Below, piece after piece: positions 47,312 through 57,315 of a DNA stretch of 60,654 nucleotides (the stretch's first letter is position 1; every line of letters begins with the position of its first letter). The stretch comes from Flavobacteriaceae bacterium (GTDB lineage: Bacteria > Bacteroidota > Bacteroidia > Flavobacteriales > Flavobacteriaceae), in the NCBI GenBank assembly GCA_029939235.1, contig JAOZTG010000001.1, positions 1 to 60,654 of the forward strand, written 5' to 3'. The translations under genes were made by a program, and so were the position numbers. The notes beneath the pieces were generated by a model. It saw only the letters and a program-made list of their open reading frames with translations. It had not been told where the DNA came from and ran no database searches.

Positions 47312-49771
47312 ATGATAAAAAAGATAGCTGTAGCTATACTATTTGTTTTTATTTCTTTCAATCAAATAAATGCACAATTTACAGATGATTTTGAGAGGTA
47401 TAACTATATGAAAAGGATTAGTCCTCAGTCATTAAACTGGATCACATGGTCAGAAGATCCAGCTTTAGGATCTGGTTATGATGAAGATGAGGATGGAATT
47501 ATAAGTAATACGGATCATCCAAATCATGGGGAACCAAAACATTATGCTGCTTCAGGAAATCAGGCTTTGTTTATTAGCAAAGATAATTTAGGTTCAGTTC
47601 CTCAAGATGTGATTTTAGATTTACATAACAAATCAACAGGGAAATGGAAATTAAAATGGAAAATGTATTTGCCAAAGAAAAATAGTATGGCATATTATAA
47701 TTTTCAGGAAAATACACCTGTAATAGGATTGGGTAACTGGGCAATTCAGGTCTATTTTGATGGGAATGGAAGGGGTAGGATAGAAGATGATAGAGGAAGT
47801 GCCATTGTCAATTTTTCTTATCCATGGAAAGAATGGTTTAAATTGGTACATATCATAGATTTAGATGATAATTCTATAAAAATTAAATTGATTTCAGATT
47901 CAGGCACTGAGGTGATCTATAACAATGCTTTCTTAAGTAATACCCAACATTTGGGAGGTGTTGATTTTTATTCCATAGCACGAAAAAATATATTTTATAT
48001 TGATGATGTTAGTTTTGAAAAAAAATCACTAATTGAAGATGTATATATTAGAGAAAATAACCGTTGGGAAGATGCTATAGGCAATCCTTTGTCTGGTGAA
48101 CCTGATAATTCATATAACGTGATTATTAGAGAACCCTATGATATCAATGCTGGAGAAACACTTAATTGTTTGAATTTGGTATTTGAAAATTTTGGAAGAT
48201 TAGTTGTTGCAAATCAGGCAAATGTGGTGGTATCTGGCGATTTAACAATTCCTTCGGATAATAAAATAATAGTGGGAGATGGGGGATCTTTTGTGATGCT
48301 GAATAATACGGCAACAATAGATATGATAGATGCTAATAGTTTTGAATATACGAGAATATCAAAACCAATGATTTATAGTGATTATACTTATTGGTCATCT
48401 CCAGTGGAAGATGCTAAAGTGTCAGATTTTGGAAGTTCAGCTGTATTTACATACAAAACAGTAAATTATATTGATCTGTATTCTGGTAAAGGTTATCCGC
48501 AAACTACCGGAATTCCAGATGATCATGATGATGATGGTGATGATTGGGCATGGGCATTGAATACAGATGCTATTGTTTCAGGAAAAGGATATGCAGTTTT
48601 AAAGTCAGGTAATTCAAATGAACAAACTATCAAATTTACTGGTGTGCCTCAAAATGGATATATTTCGATCCCTGTTGCGCTAAGCGGGAATGATCAGGCC
48701 GATGATGATGACTGGAATTTGATAGGTAATCCATACCCTTCAGCTATTGATGCCAAGGTATTGATCCATTCAAATATCAATATTGGTGGTACATTATATT
48801 TTTGGACACACAATACAGAATTGAACGGAGGTTCGAGCGGACCTGCGGATGAAAATTATAATTCAAATGATTATGCATCTTTTAATTTATCAGGTGGAGT
48901 CGCTGCAACTACCGGAGGTGAAATACCGAATGGATATATTGCTGCCGGTCAAGGTTTTTTTATGGATGTGAATAATAACGGTGTGATTACATTTAATAAT
49001 GATATGAGAGTAATTAATTCATCTGATGAAAACACCCAGTTTTTTAAATCAATTAATAGCAAAAATAATGATATTATCGATGAAGTATTTGAAAAAGAGA
49101 ACAAAATCTGGTTAGATTTTAAAGGAGAGAACAGAGCTTTTAGTCAATTATTGATTGCTTTTTTACCTGGAGCCAGTAATGATTATGATAATAGTTATGA
49201 TGGCGTTAGAGCAGGGTCAGATTTGAATTCAAAGTTTTACTCCATTCTAAATGACAAAGAGTTAGCTATTCAGGGTTTACCGGAATTGACGGATGATGTT
49301 CAATTACCCTTAGGTTTTTATATAACAAAACCTGAAAGTTTTACAATTTCAATTCACAAAATAGAGGGGGCAATTATTAATGAAAATGTAGATATTTTTT
49401 TAATAGACCATACTTTAAATCGTCGTCACAATCTAAAAAAAGGAAATTATCATTTTGATATTTCAGAAAACGGAGTAGATAATAATAGATTTGATTTGCA
49501 AATAGTAAATTCTGTTCAATGGCAGAAAAAAATAATAAATGAAGAAGATTTTGTAGTAGTAAATACAAATGGAAATTTTAAGATCAGAGCAAATCAGAAA
49601 GTAAGAACATTAGAAGTTTACGATATAAATGGAAGGCTACTCATTGAAAATAAACCAAACAGCAAGAATTTTTATTTGTTGGATCATAAAATCAAATGTG
49701 GGACAATTCTAATTTTTAAAATAGAACTAGAGGATGGTAAAGTTTTAAGTAAAAAAATATTGAAATATTAG
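47312..49771 (+). CDS. Large secreted protein, probable T9SS (type A CTD) cargo
   Basis: Signal peptide; YTYWSSPV, WNLIGNPYPSAID, YFWTH, GQGFF motifs; CTD-like end VYDINGRLL...KKILKY. Confidence 0.78.
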   Translation: MIKKIAVAILFVFISFNQINAQFTDDFERYNYMKRISPQSLNWITWSEDPALGSGYDEDEDGIISNTDHPNHGEPKHYAASGNQALFISKDNLGSVPQDVILDLHNKSTGKWKLKWKMYLPKKNSMAYYNFQENTPVIGLGNWAIQVYFDGNGRGRIEDDRGSAIVNFSYPWKEWFKLVHIIDLDDNSIKIKLISDSGTEVIYNNAFLSNTQHLGGVDFYSIARKNIFYIDDVSFEKKSLIEDVYIRENNRWEDAIGNPLSGEPDNSYNVIIREPYDINAGETLNCLNLVFENFGRLVVANQANVVVSGDLTIPSDNKIIVGDGGSFVMLNNTATIDMIDANSFEYTRISKPMIYSDYTYWSSPVEDAKVSDFGSSAVFTYKTVNYIDLYSGKGYPQTTGIPDDHDDDGDDWAWALNTDAIVSGKGYAVLKSGNSNEQTIKFTGVPQNGYISIPVALSGNDQADDDDWNLIGNPYPSAIDAKVLIHSNINIGGTLYFWTHNTELNGGSSGPADENYNSNDYASFNLSGGVAATTGGEIPNGYIAAGQGFFMDVNNNGVITFNNDMRVINSSDENTQFFKSINSKNNDIIDEVFEKENKIWLDFKGENRAFSQLLIAFLPGASNDYDNSYDGVRAGSDLNSKFYSILNDKELAIQGLPELTDDVQLPLGFYITKPESFTISIHKIEGAIINENVDIFLIDHTLNRRHNLKKGNYHFDISENGVDNNRFDLQIVNSVQWQKKIINEEDFVVVNTNGNFKIRANQKVRTLEVYDINGRLLIENKPNSKNFYLLDHKIKCGTILIFKIELEDGKVLSKKILKY

Positions 49772-49774
49772 AAC

Positions 49775-50587
49775 CTATAATTTATACCCACATTTATAAC
49801 AAAATTCAGCGCCATCCTTATGATTTTCTGCAGAGCAATGAGGGCAAGATGATGTGTTTAGATGAACTTGTTTAGTAAATTCTGCGGTTACAATTCCAGT
49901 AGGTATAGCAATAATTCCATAACCTAGAATCATCACCAAACTTGCTAAAAATTGACCAGATGCACTTTGTGGGGCGATATCTCCATAGCCAACCGTAGTG
50001 AGGGTTACAATTGCCCAGTAAACTCCACGAGGAATACTTGTAAAGCCACTTTGATCTCCTTCTATCAAATACATTAATGTTCCAATGATGATACATATTA
50101 CCAAAACAGCCGAGATAAAAACCAATATTCTGTATCTGCTTGCTATTAAGGCTTTGCTAAGGTTGTTTGTTGCTCCAACATATCTGGCCAGTTTAAGTAT
50201 TCTAAATACTCTTAATAATCGCAATGCTCTAATAGCTGCTAAATAATGGCCACCTCCAACTATCAATGATAAATATTTTGGAGCTGTAGATAATAAATCA
50301 ATAATTCCATAAAAACTAAAAATGTATTTTTTAGGATTTTTTACACTTATAATTCTCAAAATATATTCAATAGTAAATAAAATGGTAATGATCCATTCAG
50401 AAATATTAAAAAAACTATGGTATTTTTGATCATAATCTCTTACGCTTTCCAGCATTACCAAAGCAATACTTATAATGATCAACCACAAAAGAACCACATC
50501 AAAGAATTTACCTGCTTTTGTATCAGCCTCGTAAATTACTTCGTGTAATTTTTCTTTCCAGGAATGATGTTCTGAATCGCTTTTCAC
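49775..50587 (-). CDS. 6-TM voltage-gated-type K+ channel with C-terminal Zn ribbon
   Basis: S4 RALRLLRVFRILKL, TLTTVGYGD, CPHC...CYKC. Confidence 0.92.
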   Translation of the reverse strand: MKSDSEHHSWKEKLHEVIYEADTKAGKFFDVVLLWLIIISIALVMLESVRDYDQKYHSFFNISEWIITILFTIEYILRIISVKNPKKYIFSFYGIIDLLSTAPKYLSLIVGGGHYLAAIRALRLLRVFRILKLARYVGATNNLSKALIASRYRILVFISAVLVICIIIGTLMYLIEGDQSGFTSIPRGVYWAIVTLTTVGYGDIAPQSASGQFLASLVMILGYGIIAIPTGIVTAEFTKQVHLNTSSCPHCSAENHKDGAEFCYKCGYKL

Positions 50588-50622
50588 AAAGATTAATTAT
50601 TCATTAAAATTATAATAAAAAA

Positions 50623-51702
50623 TTAAAACCTAATAATTTTTTCAACGGTTTGATTTTTTAAATATTTTATAATTGTATTATTTTGATCTTTATGGCTATT
50701 TCCGGTGGTAATTAAATTCTTCAAAATTTCTAAATTATTTATTTGATTTTCCAAATCCGTATATCCAAATCCTTGATAATCATTATTTTCTATCAAAACA
50801 ACCGATTTTTCAGATACCACTCTTCCTTTATCAACTAAGATCATATTTTTATTGCTGTACTTAGTGTATTCAATTGTAGGTTTTGAATTTTTATTGAATT
50901 TTGGTTTGTGAATGATAATTTCTTCATTAAATTTTAACTGAGCGATCAATTCACTTCCAGTAAGATCAAAACTAACAGATGACATTTCCTTTAACAGTGC
51001 TCTTGATCTATTTGATGTTTGTAAAAAAACCTGATTTACTACTTTTTTTATATTTTTTCCTTTTCCGATATATACAATGTCACCATTGTATCTGTGTAAA
51101 TAAAAAACTCCGGTTTCCAGGGGCATGTCTTCAAGTATCGTAAGCAGTTTTTTAGAAAGATCTCTTTTATTACCGGTTTTGATCGTTTTTTTAACGATGA
51201 TCTTGTCTTTGTCTTTTTGTAAAAGAATTTGTAATAATTTCAACGTTGCTAAAGCGTCTCCATTAGCTCTATGTCTATCGCTGACAGGAATGCCTATATT
51301 TCTGCATAGTTTCCCCAGGCTGTATGATTCGAGTCCGGGAATTATGATCTTGCTTAATTCAACAGTACACAATGTAGGTATGTCGAACTCATAACCTAAC
51401 CTTCTAAATTCTGTTCTTAATATGCGATAATCAAAACTGGCATTGTGGGCAACAAGTACACAACCATTGGTTATTTCAACAATTCGTTTGGCAACTTCAT
51501 AAAACTTAGGAGCATTGCGAAGCATTTTGTTATTGATTCCTGTAAGATTTACAACAAATGGCTGTATTTCCTTTTCGGGATTAACCAAACTGACAAAAGA
51601 ATCAATAATATCGATACCATCAAACTTATGAATAGCAATCTCTGTGATTCCCTCTTCATTATATTTACCTCCGGTAGTTTCTATGTCGATTATTGCGTAC
51701 AA
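50623..51702 (-). CDS. DEDDh 3'-5' exonuclease (DnaQ/PolC-like) with a degenerate GIY-YIG domain
   Basis: IIDIETTG, AHNASFD, HRANGDA; GVFY...YIGKGKN. Confidence 0.88.
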   Translation of the reverse strand: MYAIIDIETTGGKYNEEGITEIAIHKFDGIDIIDSFVSLVNPEKEIQPFVVNLTGINNKMLRNAPKFYEVAKRIVEITNGCVLVAHNASFDYRILRTEFRRLGYEFDIPTLCTVELSKIIIPGLESYSLGKLCRNIGIPVSDRHRANGDALATLKLLQILLQKDKDKIIVKKTIKTGNKRDLSKKLLTILEDMPLETGVFYLHRYNGDIVYIGKGKNIKKVVNQVFLQTSNRSRALLKEMSSVSFDLTGSELIAQLKFNEEIIIHKPKFNKNSKPTIEYTKYSNKNMILVDKGRVVSEKSVVLIENNDYQGFGYTDLENQINNLEILKNLITTGNSHKDQNNTIIKYLKNQTVEKIIRF

Positions 51703-51758
51703 ATTGTTTTAAAGTGTAAAGTTAAAAGTATAAAGTTAAAAGTGAATGTTGCTTGTAA

Positions 51759-52763
51759 TTATTTATCTACTATAAGTCTGTTTTCTCTGTTTGCTATTTC
51801 CCATGCTGTATAAAATACCAATTTTGCTCTTTTTGCTAAAAGATCAAAGTTGATTTTATCAGGTGTATCGGTTGTTTTATGGTAATCATCATGAACTCCG
51901 TTAAAGTAGAAAATAATTGGAATATTATTTTTAGCAAAATTATAATGATCTGATCTGTAATAGAATCTGTTTGGGTCATTATCATCATTATATTTATAAT
52001 CCAGTTTCAGCTGCGTATATTTTTTGTTCACATCTTCTGATATTTTATGTAAATCAGTGCTTATTTTGTCAGCTCCTATCAAATAAATATAGTCTGGTTT
52101 ACCTTCATGTTTTTTGTCAACCCTCCCAACCATATCGATATTCAGGTCTGTAATAGTATTTTTTAAAGGAAATATAGGGTGACTGGTATAATATTTTGAC
52201 CCAAATAAACCTATTTCTTCACCGGTTAGGTTTAAAAACAGAATAGATCTTTTTGGTCCGTGACCACCTTTTTTAGCTTTTTGGAAAGCCTGTGCAATTT
52301 CCAGAACTGCAGTAGTACCCGAACCGTTATCATCTGCTCCATTGTAAACTTCCTTTCCTTTCATACCTAAATGATCATAATGAGCCGATATGATCACAAA
52401 CTCATCAGGTTTTTCGCTTCCACGGATATAAGCCACAATATTTTCAGAAGCATTGTCTGATTCTCCTTTGAAAAATTCTTTGGGTATTGTTTGCAAATAG
52501 TCATCATGTCCTTTAGGAGCTTTTAAACCTAGATTTTTATAATATGCCGTGATATAATTCGCTGCCATTTTCTGACCTTTTTCACCGGTTTTTCTTCCTT
52601 CTAAAATATCTGATGACAATACATACAAATGCTCTTTTAAGTCGGAGGTATTTATCTCAGCCGCATATTTTATAGCTAATTCATCACTGGCTACATTTGT
52701 TTTTTTACTTGTTGCACATGATGCTAACACAATAGCCAAAAACAATATGGATAATTTCTTCAT
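51759..52763 (-). CDS. M28 family metallopeptidase lipoprotein
   Basis: Lipobox LASC; SAHYDH, GADDNGSG, GEEIGL, NIDM, SDH, YH---D. Confidence 0.93.
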   Translation of the reverse strand: MKKLSILFLAIVLASCATSKKTNVASDELAIKYAAEINTSDLKEHLYVLSSDILEGRKTGEKGQKMAANYITAYYKNLGLKAPKGHDDYLQTIPKEFFKGESDNASENIVAYIRGSEKPDEFVIISAHYDHLGMKGKEVYNGADDNGSGTTAVLEIAQAFQKAKKGGHGPKRSILFLNLTGEEIGLFGSKYYTSHPIFPLKNTITDLNIDMVGRVDKKHEGKPDYIYLIGADKISTDLHKISEDVNKKYTQLKLDYKYNDDNDPNRFYYRSDHYNFAKNNIPIIFYFNGVHDDYHKTTDTPDKINFDLLAKRAKLVFYTAWEIANRENRLIVDK

Positions 52764-52853
52764 AAGAATTTGTATAATGTTTAAAAATCAAAAATAGGTA
52801 AAATTTGATTCAATAAAGGCAGTTTGTTAGAATTGCATTACTTTTTATGCTGT

Positions 52854-53267
52854 TTAAGATTCAAATTGAATATCTAACCATTTATTTCTCCAAAAGGTTA
52901 AAATGCCAATGAAGTAAATTACTAGAACGGAGAAAAAACTGATTCCAAAGCCCTTGATAAAATCATTATCATGATTCAAAGTAAAGGTCATACTACTTAA
53001 AATCAAGATGCCACCTATGAAAGGAGGTAGTCTATTTAAAAACTTATCCCCAGTGATAATAATGGTATTTTGATTTTTCCTTAATACGATGGGTTTACTA
53101 CCTGCCCATAATAATTTTGCTTTTATAATTTTGCTATTTTCAGGGATTTCCAATGTTTTTTCTTCGCCGTTTTTTAATTCAGTCAGTTTTTTTTCATCTA
53201 TTATTATTTCATAAATGGAATTCTTATTAAAACTTTCTTTTGGCCTTTTAAGAGTAATCGTTTTCAT
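52854..53267 (-). CDS. Hypothetical protein with two C-terminal TM helices
   Basis: 137-aa ORF filling the gap; TATCTTTG box at 53297-53304. Confidence 0.6.
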   Translation of the reverse strand: MKTITLKRPKESFNKNSIYEIIIDEKKLTELKNGEEKTLEIPENSKIIKAKLLWAGSKPIVLRKNQNTIIITGDKFLNRLPPFIGGILILSSMTFTLNHDNDFIKGFGISFFSVLVIYFIGILTFWRNKWLDIQFES

Positions 53268-53410
53268 GTGGTTTGTAAACTACAATTGATACTTTCAAAG
53301 ATAGTAAATTGACAATATAAAATCAGGATTGTTTTATTTGAAATAAATAAGCACAAATGATTATTATTAATTAGCTCTATTAAATAAAAAAAGACTTAAT
53401 TTTGTGTCAA

Positions 53411-53620
53411 GTTTGGTTTTTCAGTTTTTATTGTAAAATTGAAATTAAAATGGGAATCCAGTGAAATTCTGGAGCTATACCCGTAGCTGTATACCTTGCG
53501 AATATTTTTTCAAATGTTGTCACTGTCTGATTATTAGGATGGGAAGACTTGAAGAAGAAGGGAAGCCAGAAGACCTGCCAGATTTTATTTTTAAGTACTA
53601 AAACTTCGGGATAAAAGTTT
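53411..53620 (+). ncRNA. Cobalamin riboswitch 1
   Basis: GGT...TAAAATGGGAATCCAGTGAAATTCTGGAGCTATACCCGTAGCTGT...CACTG...GGGAAG...AGCCAGAAGACCTGCC (B12 box); hairpin AAACTT-cgggataa-AAGTTT at 53601-53620; TAATTTTG box at 53397-53404. Confidence 0.95.
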
Positions 53621-53743
53621 AGAAATAATTTTTCTTTCCAAACAGTTTTCGGGTTAAATTTATTACATAAATACTAATATAATAGTTCTTAATTATAGTA
53701 ATAATTAGATTGAGTAATAGTTTAATAAAGTATATATAAACAA

Positions 53744-54586
53744 ATGAGATACAGTAGTATATCATATATAATAATTATTTTATTATTGTTTTCGTGCAAC
53801 AATAATAAATATGATAAATATCAAAATACGGAAGATGCTATTAGAATAGTTTCTCTTGCTCCATCTATCACAAAAGAGCTTGTTGATCTGGGATTAGAAA
53901 ACAATATTGTTGGAGCAACATCCTACTGTGCTGTATCATCATCGAATAAAGATCTTATTATAGGATCAGCCATTACTGTGAATATCGAAAAGGTATTATT
54001 ACTTAAACCGGATATAGTTTTTGCATCGGGATTGACCAAAGATAAAACCATTAATACTTTGAAAGAAAATGGTGTGACGGTGTATAAATTTGGAAAAATG
54101 ACATCTTTCGAATATATATGTAATAACTTTATTGAATTGGGAAAGCTTGTGGATAAGGAAAATACAGCAAGATCGATTGTTGAGAAATCAAAGACAAAAA
54201 TTGATAGTTTAATTTCAACTATCCCGAAACAGACAGATAGTTTGCGTATTTTTTTTCAGGTTGGGTCAAAACCAATATTTACAGTTATTCCAAATACATT
54301 TATGAATGACTATATTACTTTTGCCGGATGTAAAAATATTGCAGATGATATGACGAGAGGAACGATAAACAGAGAAACTGTGATAAATCGTAATCCTGAT
54401 ATTATTTTTATCATAAGTATGGGAATTGAAGGTAATAACGAAAAAAAAATATGGGAGAAATATCCAGAGTTAAAAGCCTCAAAAAACAAAAAAATATTTA
54501 TTGTAGATGCTAACGTTGCAGCTTCTCCCACGGTTCTGGCTTTTACAGAATCATTTGAAAAGATTATGAATGATATTTATAATTAA
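53744..54586 (+). CDS. btuF: Cobalamin ABC transporter substrate-binding lipoprotein
   Basis: Lipobox FSC; RIVSLAPSITKEL, NIEKVLLLKPDIV; downstream of a B12 riboswitch. Confidence 0.85.
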   Translation: MRYSSISYIIIILLLFSCNNNKYDKYQNTEDAIRIVSLAPSITKELVDLGLENNIVGATSYCAVSSSNKDLIIGSAITVNIEKVLLLKPDIVFASGLTKDKTINTLKENGVTVYKFGKMTSFEYICNNFIELGKLVDKENTARSIVEKSKTKIDSLISTIPKQTDSLRIFFQVGSKPIFTVIPNTFMNDYITFAGCKNIADDMTRGTINRETVINRNPDIIFIISMGIEGNNEKKIWEKYPELKASKNKKIFIVDANVAASPTVLAFTESFEKIMNDIYN

Positions 54587-54633
54587 AATGAGTAATTTAT
54601 AAAGATTAAACTTTTTTGGCATAAATAATTCAA

Positions 54634-55638
54634 GTGAATAAAAAATATATAAAACAGGTTTTTTTTATTTTGGCAATGTTTGTTTTGCTAATAATTGTTG
54701 CATTACTTGCATTGTCTATTGGTGAGATCAATTTTACTCCAAATGAACTTATAACTATTTTAAAAAGTGAAACCGGAATTGAATATACAATCATCCACAA
54801 TATTCGGTTGCCTCGAATCATTCTTGGAATTGCAGTTGGTGGAGCCTTAAGTCTTTCAGGTGTTATTTTGCAGGGAGTTTATAGAAATCCATTGGTTGAG
54901 CCGTATACCTTGGGTATTTCAGGAGGAGCCTCCCTTGGTGTTGCAATTACCATTATTTTTAATTTAAACCTGTTGTTTGGAGTTTTTATGCTCCCTTTAA
55001 CTGGTTTTATTGGGGCAGTGATCATCACTTTTCTGGTTTATGTTTTAGCAGTTAGAAAAAATTATTACAACATTAACAGGATGTTATTGATTGGTGTGAT
55101 GATCAGTTTTATGTCATCTTCTACGATGATGTTCCTTATGTCAACTACAACTGCCGAAAACTTGCACAGTATTGTATTCTGGATCATGGGTTCATTGGAT
55201 GAACCAAATACTTTGCTTGTGAAATTTGTTCTTTATACATCTTTAATTGGTCTTGCATTATCATATTTGTTGGCAAATCAGCTTAATGCATTGCGTTTGG
55301 GTGAATCTAAAGCAAAACATCTTGGTGTTAATACAACCTTTACAATCAGGGCTTTATTCATTCTGGCCTCCATTTTAACAGGAATAAGTGTGTCAGTAGC
55401 AGGAGTAATTGGTTTTGTGGGCCTGATAATTCCTCATTTATTGAGAATGATGATTGGCTCTGACAATAGATTGTTATTGATTGCTTCTTTTCTTGGCGGA
55501 AGTATTTTTATTTTAATTAGCGATATCATTGCAAGAACTATCATTGCACCAAATGAATTACCTATTGGTGTAATCACCGGTATGATAGGTGGGGTGGTTT
55601 TTATTATTGTTATGAGCAGATCAAAAATGAAGGTATAA
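54634..55638 (+). CDS. btuC: Cobalamin ABC transporter permease (FecCD family)
   Basis: IRLPRI, RNPLVEPYTLGISGGA, AKHLGVN, GFVGLIIPH. Confidence 0.87.
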   Translation: MNKKYIKQVFFILAMFVLLIIVALLALSIGEINFTPNELITILKSETGIEYTIIHNIRLPRIILGIAVGGALSLSGVILQGVYRNPLVEPYTLGISGGASLGVAITIIFNLNLLFGVFMLPLTGFIGAVIITFLVYVLAVRKNYYNINRMLLIGVMISFMSSSTMMFLMSTTTAENLHSIVFWIMGSLDEPNTLLVKFVLYTSLIGLALSYLLANQLNALRLGESKAKHLGVNTTFTIRALFILASILTGISVSVAGVIGFVGLIIPHLLRMMIGSDNRLLLIASFLGGSIFILISDIIARTIIAPNELPIGVITGMIGGVVFIIVMSRSKMKV

Positions 55639-56447
55639 TGAAAAGAGAAAATTTTCTTAAAATAGAAAACCTAAAAAGTGGTTATACCAATAATTTGGTT
55701 ATTAATGATATAAGTTTTGGCGTGACTAAAGGATCCTTTACTGGAATTATTGGTCCAAATGGTTCTGGAAAAACCACTTTGTTTAAAACCATTACCGGAG
55801 AATTATCTTTGATTGATGGTAATATTTTTCTTAACGAAGAGCGTATCTCTGGTATGTTGGCAATGCAAAAAGCTCAGAAAATAGCAATAGTTACTCAAAA
55901 TACTGATGCAGTGGATATTGTTGTTGAAGATTATGTATTGATGGGACGTTATCCCTACAGGAAAAAGTTTCAGCTATTTGAAACAAAAGAAGATTTTAAG
56001 ATCGCTCATAAATTTATGAAACTTACCGGGGTGTTAAAATTCAAAGATAAGTTGATGAATGAACTTAGTGGTGGCGAACAACAACTGGTTGCTATTGCAA
56101 AAGCGCTCACACAGGAGCCAGAATTATTATTGCTGGATGAACCAACCTCTCATTTAGATATTTCTCATCAAATGCAAATATTAAATCTGATCCAAAAATT
56201 TAATGAAGAATTTGATCTAACAGTTTTAATGATCATTCACGATTTGAACCTGGCAGCTGAATATTGCGATTATTTAATTCTGATGGATGATGGAAATATT
56301 TTTGCGGAAGGAACTCCGGAAGAAGTACTGACATATACCAATATTGAAGAGGTTTATAATGCAATTGTTATAACACAGGAAAACAGGATCACCAAAAAAC
56401 CATCCATTTTACTCATTTCAGATAAAACATTAAATCAAATTAAATAA
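55638..56447 (+). CDS. btuD: Cobalamin ABC transporter ATPase
   Basis: GPNGSGKT, LSGGEQQ, LLDEPTSHLD, HDLNLA. Confidence 0.87.
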   Translation: MKRENFLKIENLKSGYTNNLVINDISFGVTKGSFTGIIGPNGSGKTTLFKTITGELSLIDGNIFLNEERISGMLAMQKAQKIAIVTQNTDAVDIVVEDYVLMGRYPYRKKFQLFETKEDFKIAHKFMKLTGVLKFKDKLMNELSGGEQQLVAIAKALTQEPELLLLDEPTSHLDISHQMQILNLIQKFNEEFDLTVLMIIHDLNLAAEYCDYLILMDDGNIFAEGTPEEVLTYTNIEEVYNAIVITQENRITKKPSILLISDKTLNQIK

Positions 56448-56968
56448 TGCTTCAGTTAATCGTAGTAAGGCATGGTGAAACAATAGAAAATACACTTGGT
56501 TTGTGCCAGGGGCAAACAGATGGTACCTTATCTGAAAATGGAATTGCAAATAATAAATTATTGGCAAATGAATTAAGTAACATACAAATACATAAAATAT
56601 ATTCCAGTCCGTTAAAACGAGCAGCCGAAACGGCAAAGGAAATTTATAAATATCATCAAATAGAGCTAGCATATAGAGATAACTTAATGGAATGGTATTT
56701 AGGTAAACTACAGGGTAAGAAATTTCCCGATGATTTTGATATTACAAACCTTGGGGATGATATGGAAAATGCCGGATTGGTACAAAAAAGACTTCTTTCT
56801 TTTTTAGAAGAAATAATAGATCAACATAAGGATCAAATCATTGTTTTTGTTAGTCATGGCTTAACAATAAAAGTGCTTACAACTATTTTAGAAAAGTTAC
56901 CACTTAATAAAGTATCCGATGTGAAACTTATGAAAAACTCTGGTTATAAAGTCTTTACGATTGATTAA
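56447..56968 (+). CDS. Histidine phosphatase family protein (CobC-like by context)
   Basis: RHGET, SSPLKRA, VSHG; start overlaps the btuD stop. Confidence 0.85.
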   Translation: MLQLIVVRHGETIENTLGLCQGQTDGTLSENGIANNKLLANELSNIQIHKIYSSPLKRAAETAKEIYKYHQIELAYRDNLMEWYLGKLQGKKFPDDFDITNLGDDMENAGLVQKRLLSFLEEIIDQHKDQIIVFVSHGLTIKVLTTILEKLPLNKVSDVKLMKNSGYKVFTID

Positions 56969-57119
56969 GATTTTTTTATTTAAAAAAAATAAAGAATTTA
57001 TAATTAATTGACTCCATTAAAATAACAGAGGAACTGATTAAGTTTGTTATAATTAGTATCTTCTTTTTAATAAAAATATTTTTTGCCAAAATAAATAAAA
57101 AGTTTAGTTTTGCTTAGAA

Positions 57120-57308
57120 TTTGGTTTTCCGCATTTAATATTAAATCGGAATTAAAAGGGAATCCGGTGAAAAACCGGAGCTATACCCGTAGCTGTAAGC
57201 CTTAGATTGTCTTTTTCAATCTTCGCCACTATCTAAATTAAAGATGGGAAGGCGTGAAAAAGTAAGGTGAGCCAGAAGACCTGCCAAAAAATATGTTCGG
57301 GTTAAACA
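57120..57308 (+). ncRNA. Cobalamin riboswitch 2
   Basis: GGT...TAAAAGGGAATCCGGTGAAAAACCGGAGCTATACCCGTAGCTGT...GCCACT...GGGAAGGC...AGCCAGAAGACCTGCC; TAGTTTTG box at 57105-57112. Confidence 0.95.
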
Positions 57309-57315
57309 AATAATA

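Noticed and set aside
45059-50587. Two K+ channels as one functional system
   Set aside because: Different architectures, separated by miaA and an opposite-strand gene; proximity alone is insufficient
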